Positions 13,301 to 24,900 of a stretch of 64,000 bases of DNA are shown here, one piece after another. The notes beneath the pieces were generated by a model. That model did no database searches. It saw only the letters and a list, made by a program, of their open reading frames with translations, and was not told the origin of the DNA. A program made the translations under genes and the position numbers. The stretch is from Camelus ferus (lineage: Eukaryota), in NCBI RefSeq assembly GCF_009834535.1, contig NC_045697.1:99512001-99576000 (forward strand), in the 5' to 3' direction. Position 1 is the first letter of the stretch; each line of letters begins with the position of its first letter.

Positions 13301-15157
13301 CTGGCCATAGGAAAAAAGGCAAAGCACTGTCCACTCCATCAGAAAAATCATGTATAGGATCCATTATGACTTCCTACTACTTAGATCTGAGTGACATAAG
13401 GCATATAAAGAGTGAAAAAAAAAACCTAAATTTGATTTTGTGGAGCAACATTTTTAAAGGATGGTTGATTTCTTTTTATGCAGCCAGACACTGCATAGAC
13501 TCCCTGAATAATGAAATGAGATGGGGAGAGGAGAACGCACTTATAAATAAAAAAGGGGGAAAGGGATGGGGGAAAATCTTTGTAAGGTTTTTGGGGTAGA
13601 GCAAGGTGAGGTCTTTTCTATTCAATCTCAAGACACTCATGTATCACATTTCACTAATAATTCCAAAGTGAACAATGTTTGAAGTGCAAATCCCTAAGTT
13701 TGACTCCAGTTTTAAGGAAAAACCCAATTAGATTCCCCTTGAACATTTCTAAACATTTACCGATAATCACTTACTCATTTTCTCTCTTCTCAAACTTCCA
13801 ACTTGAGCAGTCAAAATGCTTTTCCTTCCCAGAGGCCTTACCTTCCCCTGTTCTCCGGTTTTTCACCATCACACTTTCTGCCTTTTCTCTCCAAAGCCTC
13901 CACGCTTCCTGCACACCTGGTCTTCATCTACCACTGTGCACACCGCCATGTACATATCAGTACCTTGAATCTATGAACAGAGCACTAAAAAATGATACCT
14001 ACACTGAAACAATACCCAAGATCCTACCTTCCTGATTAGCTCCTAAATGTATCCAAGACCAAGCCCATACTGATTTATTTTTGCAGCTCCCAGCAGGTGC
14101 CTAGTGCAGTGCTCTGTCCCTGATGCAATGGCGCAGCCTCCTTCAGCTGCACGGAGTAGGTCTGTTGGGAAAGCCTCTAGGAGGGAAAAATACTCAGACA
14201 TTTCCAAGTCTCTCTTAATTTGGGGAGAAATAATAACCATTAGGAAGTGCTCTTTCAAGAGCCTTTGGGACCCTGCACAAGATATCCCTGAGAACCACAA
14301 CAAAATCTAGGTGAAAGAACAGCAGCCAAAAGTTATCACAAAATACAAGCTCAGGCACTTCTTTAAAAAAGCAGAACCACCAGGGAAGGTGGATTTAGTA
14401 TTTAGATTTTCAGGGCTGACCAGGCCTATTTCAACTCAAATTAGTCTTGAGCTGACCCTTCTTCACACACCTTTAGCTAGTAAACTCTGAGAGCACAAGG
14501 ATCACACATTGTCCTTACTACAGAGAAGCCCGTGGTGCAGGCAGCAGAGCCCTGAGCACCCTGAATTCCATGATTAGCATCATGAACAGAGTAACTTTTG
14601 TCCAGCATCTGAAATCCCACAACAGCCAAGTCTTACCAGGCTGATATCCAGTCTACAAATGCCCTACATCCAATGCAAACAGTCAAGAGTCTATAATGCA
14701 GGAGAGGCAAATTCTTCTAAAAGAAATGACTCATAGAAATTAATTTTCCTCTAATGTTCTTTAATTTAAAAAACTGGGCAAAGACTTTGGTTTTTTAATT
14801 AAGCTCAACTTTAACTTAATTTTTCAATATCCTGAAGTTTTGACGTTCAATTCGTGCAGATTCTATTAAAAGACACTCCAACACATATCAGAACAAATTA
14901 ATATTAATATATATAAACTGATAAATATTCAATAGAGAACTTTTTTTGACAAAATAAAAGCTATTAAAATGTGTATATTTAGAAACAATAAAGAATTCAC
15001 CACAATTTATTAGTAATTACATGGCTTTACTTCCTCTCATGTCCTTCACAAGAATCCAAATTATATTATACATGTATACTTACTTAGACACAAGGCAAAC
15101 CAACTGACCACAGCACTCCCAAGTAGAGGAGAATGTACAAGTTTTAAAGAGGCAACA

Positions 15158-15677
15158 GCCAAGACATGGAAACAACCTAAGTGTCCATCAACACATGAAT
15201 GGATAAAGAAAATGTAACATATGTATCATGGAATATTACTCAGCCATAAAAACAAATGAAATAATGTCATTTGCAGCAACATGGATGTACCTAGAGATTA
15301 TTATATTAAGTGAAGTAAGTCAGAGAAAGACAAATATCATATCTCTTATATGTGGAACCTAAATAAAGATGCAAATGAACTTATTTATAAACCAGAAACA
15401 GACTGTTCATAGACATAGAAAACAAACTATGGTTACCAAAGGGGAAACGGGTGGGAGGAGGGATAAACTGGGAGTTTGAGATTAGCATATATACACTATT
15501 ATGTATAAAATAAACAACAAAGACCTACTGTATAGCATAGGGAACTATGTTAAATATCTTAAATAACCTATAATGGAAAAGAATCTAAAAAAGAATATAT
15601 ATATGTATAACTGAAATAGTGTGTTGTACACCCAAAACTAACACAACATTGTAAATCAACTATACATCAACAAAAAA
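15158..15677 (+). mobile_element. 5'-truncated L1 (ORF2 end and 3' UTR, artiodactyl type)
   Basis: gccaagacatggaaacaacctaagtgtccatca...ggaatattactcagccataaaa...actaacacaacattgtaaatcaactata. TSD AGGCAACA at 15150-15157 and 15678-15685 (12 bp with one mismatch). Confidence 0.9.
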
Positions 15678-15949
15678 AGGCAACACCATAATTCAATTTA
15701 ACAGACCCTTTAAACAATAATAATAATAGACTGTAATATGCATTGCAAAAACAACAACTATTGCAAAACCACAAATACTGAATATATTCTTATCTCCAAG
15801 AAGCTTACCAACTACTTCAAGGAGCCCCTCTCTTGAATGTGAGATTTCCTAGCCACCTCCCTACCTTCCCACGCATGCTGTTCTTCCTGTCCAGCCAGCC
15901 TCTTCTCTTCCACTCTTCTCATTCACTGCCTCTACACACACCACCCCAC

Positions 15950-16830
15950 TACAATGACACTGACAAAAAGCCAGAAACTCCCAGTTGCCAAATCCCAGGA
16001 CATTGTGTGGTCCTCACCTTGCTGGATGTGATACCATCAATGACACTCTCCTTAGTTTTCAATATACCACTCTCCTGGGACTCCTCACCAACTGCACTAT
16101 TCCTTCTCTATCTCCTTTTGAGAATCTCCTCCTCTAAAAACACACTGAATGCTGTTTTACAAGTTCCTCCCCTCATTTTCTTTTTTCACGTTATACACCC
16201 TTCACCAATTTCATCTACTCTGAAAACACCTTTGATGTCTCCACCTGCAGCCCAGACCTCTGGGCTAAATTCTAGGCCTGTATATTCAAATGACCATTGG
16301 ACATCCCTTCAGGATGGACCATAATCTCATTAAGCTTTGCATGTCCAAAGATGAACTGATCAGCTTCCCTCCAAAACCTAAGGCATTTCCTATACTGAGT
16401 AATGATGACATCAGCAAGCCAGAAACCTAGAAGTCATCTCTGATTGCTCTCAATAATCCCTGTACTCAATAAATTACCTCCTTAATATTTTTTGAAAATG
16501 GTCTCATGTCGCTATACCTACCACTCTCCTACTTCAAGCTTTTCAATATCTCCTGCTGGAGTTATTCAATAATCCCCTAACTGACCTCCCTGCCTCCAGT
16601 CCTTGTCTCAAGACCATCCTTCACATGGTTGAAAGAGTGCTTTACCTAAAGTCAGATGCTGGCCATCTCACTCCCTTATTTACAACCTTTTAATGGTTTC
16701 TCTTCATCTATAAGATTTAAGCTCTTGAGCATGGATATAAGGCCCTCTGCCTCCTAATACCTGTCCATCTTACCAGCCTCTTCTTCCACCATTTCTACCC
16801 AAACTTCTGTCTCAACAACACTAAGCAACT
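15950..16830 (+). mobile_element. L2 LINE fragment
   Basis: cagcccagacctct...tgtatattcaaatgacc...ggacatccc...catgtccaaagatgaactgatcagcttccctccaaaacc...aagccagaaacctagaagtcatc...ctaactgacctccctgcctccagtc. Confidence 0.75.
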
Positions 16831-17294
16831 CCTGATTCCATTTTGATGCCCTCTGTTCCACACTTTTATCCTTCATCCACCCAAATACCCTTGAAGCTCT
16901 TCCAGGGCCGGGGCAGTAGCCCAACTGTGGTTGTCATTTCAACGCTTAGCCCAGCATCTGCCTCATTAAAGCTTCCCTGTGAATGGTCAGTGATAAACAA
17001 TGGAAGACAGTATATGGCAAGTCCAAAATGAATGACACTGATAGAAAGTGTTGAAGGAATTTGGACTTGTGTTGAAAGTCCCGGCAATGGGGTCTCTACA
17101 TGCTAAATACTTCCCACACGAAAAGTACAGGAGAGCCTACGAAAGCTCGACTCCTCCTTACAACACCCACCACACACTTAGAGTCATGCTCTTACTTATT
17201 TTTTGGCGGGGGGAGAAGACATGTTGGCTCCCTGCTGAGCCTGCCATCCCAAGTCATAACAGTGGGCATCTTGGTGATGTGCTACTGATAACCT

Positions 17295-17465
17295 TTGACA
17301 TTTATAGAATGTTTATTGTGTATCTAGAACTTTACTGAAAATTCTGCATGAATTATACCTCTCAGTCTTCATCTCAGCACCGTGAGGATGGAACTATCAT
17401 TAATCCTGCTCTACAGGTGGAGAGACTGAGGCCCAGAAAGTAAGTAACTTCACTTAAGGCAGAGA
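17295..17465 (-). mobile_element. MIR SINE
   Basis: catttatagaatgtttattgtgt...ctacaggtggagagactgaggcccagaaagtaagtaacttc (MIR core in reverse). Confidence 0.7.
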
Positions 17466-18734
17466 TTTACTCTTAAGAACACTATTCAGTAGACTGCAAG
17501 CCAAGCCTCCATGCATATTCCACTTAGTTTCCAAAACTGTAGGTGTGTATCAAGAAATTACCATGAATGAAAGGTCAGAAGAACCTATGGTGTCACCAAC
17601 CCTTGGAGCCACTGCTCTCACCAAATAAAGTCACTCTTCTAAATTACAGAATCACTGTCTTCATCACAGACAGTGTCACCGACACAAGGTCTAAGTGACA
17701 AGACAGACAGCTCCTCTTCTCCCCAGTGAGGCCCCTCTCCCTGTGCCCCGACTCTCCTTAGTCTTCTTATCTGTCCACATTCCTCTCTGGTTTGCTCCAA
17801 ACTTCTCCTCCCACCTTTGATGATGAAGGGTGTTTTAGAACATAAAAGAGGCAAGATCTCTTCTTCATGGCAACAACACTCATCATGTCAGGAGGTGCAG
17901 AAGCCCAAAGTATCCATAAAGAAGGATTTAGATAAATTTATGGAGAGAACACAAGGGAAGGATGGAGAGGGAGGTATGGAACTTGAAGAGGAAACCTTGT
18001 GCCAAGGTACAACCATGCTTGGCTATAAGATTAAGTACGTCGACAGGTGTGTACTGAGCACCAACTATGTCCAAAGCACAATTCTGCACCCAGAAGACAG
18101 CAGGGAACATAAGACAAAACTCCCTGCCTTTGTGGAGCTTCAAGCTCTGACCACTAGTTATTGCTGTTGTGAGCGTCTGTGCACCTCATGCAACCAGATC
18201 TGTGAGGCAGCGGCTTCCTCCTAACTTTGAGGACCTGGCCCTCTTGGAAAATCCTCTCTCTGTGTGCTTTCCAAAGGGGAAAAAAAGAAAAAGGCACATT
18301 TTATACCTAATAGTTTGTGCAACTTTATTTTAAAAAAAAAGTGCACACATGTAGGCTCTCACCAGGCATAGCTCCAAAGGCAGCTACACTAGACCTTTAG
18401 ATTTGTGCCCAAAACCCAAATGAGATTTTGACTTTGGCAATCTGGGAGAGGAACAAATTGTACATGGTACATTTTGAGAACAGCCATGGCTCTCAGGCCA
18501 CATATAGGAGTCAGGCAACCCAGAAGTGACCCCTAGCAACCCAGAACCGACATCCGGTTCTTAAGGTCAGGGCAGAGCAGAGGAAGCCAGTCAGGGAATA
18601 ATTGGTAAAAAGTAGCAGCTTGGAGTGGACCTTCAAGATTTCCCTTCAACCATGCTCTTCCAGAACAAGGAAATCATCTTCCAAAGTCCTAAATCCACCA
18701 GTCTCCTCCTAGGATCAACATTGAGAAGTAATTA

Positions 18735-18977
18735 GACCCAATGGTTAGTCACATGTACTCTGGAGCAATACTGTCTGGGTTTGAATCCCTGTTCTACCAC
18801 TCATCAACCTTGGCAAGTAATCAAGGCTCTTTGGGACTCAGTAGCCTCATCTCTTAAATGGAAACAATAATTATAACATCCTTATAGGATGGTTGTGAAA
18901 ATTATAAGAGACGATAGCATGTAAAGCATTTAAAACAGTGTCTGGCACTCAGGAAATGTGAGCTGTTACTATTATCA
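18735..18977 (+). mobile_element. MIR SINE
   Basis: atggttag...actctggagc...ctgggtttgaatccc...ccttggcaagt...ctcagtagcctcatctcttaaatgg...gcatgtaaagcatttaaaacagtgtctggcac. Confidence 0.85.
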
Positions 18978-21900
18978 CTTTTTCCATCAGTAGGATCAGG
19001 GGGGCCCCCATCCAGGCCATAGCAAATTCTAGAAGCTCCATAGCTGTTGTATAAATGAACAGCTGAGAAGCATGAACTGTCCCATTCTGAGGAAAACCCA
19101 AAATTCAACTAAATTTCTAAACACACACCCACAGCCCACCAATTCTCACACATGCCTTCTTTCTCTGAGACAACTATTTTTTTCAACAGATTAAGTCGAA
19201 ACTGATTTTGACTGCAATATATATTTTCAAAAGGTGAAAGCAAAGCAAAGGATAGGTTTTTCCTTCTTAATTATTGCCCCTGGCCCTCTGGAAGGATGGG
19301 ATGAGTCTCTGTCTGCCAGAGAGCTGAAAGAAATAAAAAACAAAATGGGAACAAGAGGAGTTTTCAGGCTGGTAGCCAATCAGTATAGCAACTAAAAGAA
19401 CCAAACTATAAGCGGTCATCTACAATCAAAACACCCTAATATTAGTCACTATTCTAATGAAACTGCAATGGTGGAAGGGCCCTGATAATAAGTCTAAGCA
19501 GGCATTACCTGAAGCATAGACACAAGAGATGGATGAGAAAAAAAAATTAACTTAGAAAAAAACCCATCTGCAAACTTAAAGCCAAGCAGGTAAGGTTTTT
19601 TTGTTTGTTTTAGGGGCGTTTTGGTTTGTTTTATTTTTTAATTGTGGCATGGGACAAGAGGTTTATCAATGTATCACAGCAATAGAATCACCTGTGAAAA
19701 TCCCCAGGCCTACAACAAACATTAAACACAACGAAGTTCATCTCTCTTGCCCTTTAATTTGATCGAAGTGACTTTTATCTTTCACCTTGGAGTTATAAAA
19801 GAATATGAGTTGTGAGCAAAACAATCTGAACCTGCCTTAATTCTGGGGCCTTCTCCTCTTTTTCCCATATGCTTGTCAAAACTACTCCAAGTGAACCAGA
19901 GAGAAAGTCTGCCTGCCCAAAGAGGAGGGTGCAGGGACCGAAAAATGACTATGTATCCGCTAGACGGTGTACTCCATCTGAAAAGTTTTCTCTTATTTCT
20001 CTTGCTTTATTCAAGCATTCTAATTTGTGAAATTCTTTACTTAGAAAATCTACTGGTAAACCTACTACAAAGTAAAAATCTTTAGAACTGAAGAAACAAT
20101 ATCTGTTTACAGACTATGTCCTCATTGTTTGCATAGATTCCTATAAAACAGCCTACTGATCATCTACATAATTTTGTCTGCCCAAATGCACTTTTCTAAA
20201 GGAAATTCAGCTAAAAGTGGTATGGTAGTACGTTGTTTGAGACAGTCTACTACCAAGAAACTGAGAGTCTAAAACATCACCCTGTGGGTCACCTACACAT
20301 AAGCTACCACAAAGGCCTGTGAACTGAAGTTTGTATAATGATTTTCAAAAACTGATTAAAATCCTTGGGATATCATTTGGCCTTATTGAAGAAGGGTTTT
20401 GTTTACAAATCATTAAGAAATAGTATAAAAATAGTACACCTTGGTTTCATTACTGGATGGCAGATGGATAAGGGCCAAATGAAAGACAAGAGAAAAAGGC
20501 TTCAACCAACTAGAAGAAAAGCTGGGTTTTCTAGCCATGTTTATGACTCCAGCCCTGAAATTTGGGACTAATGCTATAATTAGTAAGGATGTGATGAAAT
20601 ATCTCAGCCAATGTTACAGTTCAGTCCATTCAAGAAATATCTTTTGAGCTCCTCCTACACATCAGGCCCAATCTCTGCTTTAAAGGAGCCCATCATGCAG
20701 TGTTGGCCATTCACCCATAAGCAACACAGGACAAGGACCACTCATGCATACGGTGCTAGGACAGCACCAATGATGGAAGGAGAGGCCCAGTCTTCTGAAG
20801 AGAGGACCAGCAGAATTAGGAAACATTCCTTCTTGTCCAGCTGACTTGCCTAATTTTGCACATCCTATTTCCAAGCAGGGCACTTGAACATATGCATTAA
20901 ATTTACACACTGTGATCTGCTAGACAAAACTGTCCGGCTATTTCAAGTAAAGGTTGAGCCCTCTTCTGTGTCTGTTGTGGCGGGGCCTCTAGGTAGCCAG
21001 GAAGAAGGAAGCAGATATTCCTAGGATTTAAGGTGGTACCAGCATGGCTACGCAAAGTTACTAAACACTTGCACTTTAGAAACGTTTCCTTCCTATGGCC
21101 CAATGTCCTTACAAATCAATAGAATCAAACCTCGAGCCTTGTGGTCCTAAGAGATGAAGTGATTTGCTTAAAGTCACACGGTTTGTTGGGGAAAAGCCTG
21201 AACGAGACCCAATTTCCTGGCTCCCAATATAATATTCTTTGAGTTAGACCAAACCGCATCCCAGTCATGGGATGAGAGCCAGAGACAGAGGGGTAGTGGG
21301 ACCATCTGTTACATCTGATAATCAGAAGTTCTGTCTGTATTATACATAGAACAGGGATTATATAACCATCCAGAGGAAGTTACCAACCTGGTGTTGATTT
21401 AGCCTGAGAAACCTACAGAACAGGCCAGGAGAAAAACAGAGAAAACCTCCAAAGCTGCAAACTTCCACTGAAACCACAGGCTGGACTATTCCACTGCACA
21501 GAGAAGAAAGGGCAGAGAACATAAGGCAGAGCCCTCATCAGGGTAAGGATGGGATCCCCGAGAAAGGGGTTGGGGGGAGGAGACCCTCTCAAGAGGTGGA
21601 CTCACTTCTCCCTCCAGAACCACAAGCTGCTCTGCTTGAGAAGGACTCGGCGCAGAGGCAGAAGGTGCCTGGGAATCTGGGTAGGACCAAAAAGGTGCCT
21701 CTGTCGGTATCAAGCCAGGAAAGAAAGTCAGAATGAAATTTCCACAAGAAATTCCACGTATCTCTAGGAAACGTGCAAAAGCGTTCCCTTTCACTATTTC
21801 AAAAATTAATTCTAGGTCATGAAGAGTCGACATCCAAATGTCTCCTAGTGGCCCTTGCCCTTGCCTACCTCATTTTCCTCTTCTCTCTAGTTCTCCTCTC

Positions 21901-24900
21901 CGTGGCCCATCTCCTCCACCTCCATTGGTGGTGACAGTGGGGCCAGAACATCTGCAGTCAGCCCATAGTCCCCAGCACCGGGCCAGAGGCTGGGAAGCAG
22001 CAAAGGGGAAGGTTCTTTGGATTATCCACCTCTGGCCTTCTCTTGAGATGAGACCTTCTGGGTACTCCCCACTCTCCTAAATTCATGAGTACCCTCTCTG
22101 ATTTCTATGTAAGGCATCAGACATGTCATCATCACCATATGCTTCTCTTAATAAGAAAGGACCATCCCAAAGGCACAAAGGTCATGAGATTGTGTGGTGT
22201 TTGGGCAAACAGGTTTTGTTTACCTACTGTAAGGAGGTGCTAAGGTGGGTCCTATGCCAGTGTAACCATCGTCCCTGTTCTCTGGCCTGTCCACACTCAG
22301 AAGCTTGTATCTGCCCTCTTAGCATCTCGTTTGCGTCACTAATAACAAGCTTAGGAAAGAGAAGAGGAGGACAGCCACATGCTCTAAGAATGCCTGCATT
22401 CCCTTGTCCTTCTCTCCCAGAAGAAGAGAGTTCATCAAGCAAGAGGCTAAGTAAAAACTGGAAAAAGAGAAGATCTTATTCATGCATTGACACTTGCGAC
22501 AAAGTCTGGCCTATCTCAACACATCGCTTTCCTTCCACATCTACCTGGTCCCCTCATAGGACCAAAAAAAAAAAAGGAAAAACAAAGATGACTTGCAGAT
22601 AACTATGCTTCTCCCAGCTGTGCAGTCAAGAGAAGGAAAAACCCCTTTCCTGACTTCCTCCAGTGCTAACAGAAAACTCTGGACTTTGGGGAGGCTATTA
22701 GAAAAAGGTTAAATATGAGACTAGATAATGATATACCAAGGGACTCACGTCAGGGCTGTTTGAACACGACTCAGAAGCAATTGCTGTTGAGAGGTGACGA
22801 CCACTTTAAAGAGCTCTGGAAGAGTCTGCCAGTAGATGCCTCAGCGATGCCCTGGGAGGAGTAGGCTAAAGACCTCTTCTTTTGCACAAACATCCCGGAA
22901 AACATTCGTTCTCCATTCTTTAACGCAAAGATGACTAGGTACTCATATCTAGTAATTATTTCCTATACATGGCACATTTTCCTCTATCGTCCTTTAATTA
23001 TCGTTTCACAAAGACATAGCTTTATATACACATCGTACTGTCTCTTTCTTTCACTGCAATAGGGTTTCTGGTCTACACCTTTAGACTTCACATTTCATTT
23101 ACGCTAAACAAATTTGTCAATTATTTAGTATCATTGCATCACTAAGCATTTCCTTCAAAAGTCCTATTTGTATAATTTAAAAACGAGTATGGAACCCTTT
23201 CCTGTCCCTGAAACTTGATCATCCCCCCTTAGAAAATGTGTAGTTTTACTCAAAGCACCTTGTCCTATCAATTACAGGGTTATGAACAACCAGCCACTAA
23301 TGCTACCTGGTTGTCTCACCGTCCCCTGGTGCTTCCTAATGATAACTAGATAGTATATAATTACACGGTCCCCAGAAGATACTTATAATTGAATCACAGG
23401 GCATTTTGTGAATGTTTGGGACAGCGATTAGAGGACCACAAAATGACAGTATTTCTACCTCTCTAGCTAGAATGTAAATGAAGCATCCTAAAATTCAATT
23501 ATAAGAGTCCTTCAGGTATTAAATAATTATAATACAATTCACATTAGGGGGCAAGAGTTTTTTTTAATTGCACTGTCCCCATAACCCCTAAAGATTATAT
23601 TTCCTAATAGTTTGTAAACAACACAGCTGGATTTTCAGATTCACAGTTATTCATTCAACTGGAAAAGCTGTACCAAAGGTCGAACACCAATAGCCTGTTT
23701 CTACTTTTCCTTTGCCACCCACTAATTTGGTGACCTAGTGAGTGAGCTGAATTTCACTGAAGCTCCACTTACCCCATAAACATGCTGCATAATTAGAATG
23801 TCTAATATTATTGTGCAAATATAAAATGGCTATAAAGATATTTACAAATTTAACTTAATGGAAACCAGGATATTTCGTCTATCCAAATGGTTATCTATTC
23901 TTAACAGCCAAAAATATCTTATCATGTCTTACCCTCATCTTCTTCCTCCTTTCTCCTGGTTTCCTTTCCAGATCTTTTTCTTTCTCCCCTATTCATCCCT
24001 TCTGCCTTCTCTATCAGCTCACCCTCGGTGGGAGGCTGTGATAGTTGTAGTAAAACCTCCAGGGTGGCTGTGGTTGGCTTCCACGTGGCTCAGGGCAAGG
24101 AAAGGGAAGAAGAGTCAAATGTAGATCTTTTTTAGTCATAATCTTCTTGCTTTCATCTCTTAAAGGGAGAGAAGGTAAAGATCACTTCCCTAACACAGGA
24201 AACTTGGGAAAGTAAAAGCTGAAATACCTCTCCCCTGACTATGACTTGTGAAAAAACACTATCAAGAAAAGGTTCAAAGGGTGTCCACACTGGCAAGGAG
24301 CTCCTGCCACCAACCCAGCAAGTACACAGAAAACAGGACTCACTTATTCCTAGGGATGCTCTGAATCACATCCAGGCCACAGGCATTAACTCTCCAAGCC
24401 CCCAAATGCTACAGCAAGTCCATCCCTACCTACAGCAGATTTGTAACAGATCTGTTCTCCTCCACTTAAAAACATTATTTTCAAGGCCAGTGATCACACA
24501 TGCACAATCCAGGCCTGAAAAAATAAATCAGTTCCCCCTGCAGAGCCCCAGTGTTCAAATGTAACCTCTGATTAGTCATTAGTGGAACATCACAGAAATA
24601 AATAAATATACATACACATACATATGTATATTTTTTGACAGTAGAATCGGCCTTGGAATGACATTTGTATTTGAGAGAAAGAAATTCACTGACCCCAACA
24701 CCAGAACACAAACTTCACAGCTGTTCTTCAAAAAAAAAAAAAAAGTCCCACAGAAATCAAGAATATGGTGACATTTGGTGCTCCCCAATCAGGAGATCAA
24801 CACCACCCATGTTCGCCTCTCAGCTCCTGAAGTAAAAATATTCTCACGCACGCAGCACAATAGCACTGGCTACCGCCCCTCCGCATGGAGTGTGATTCTC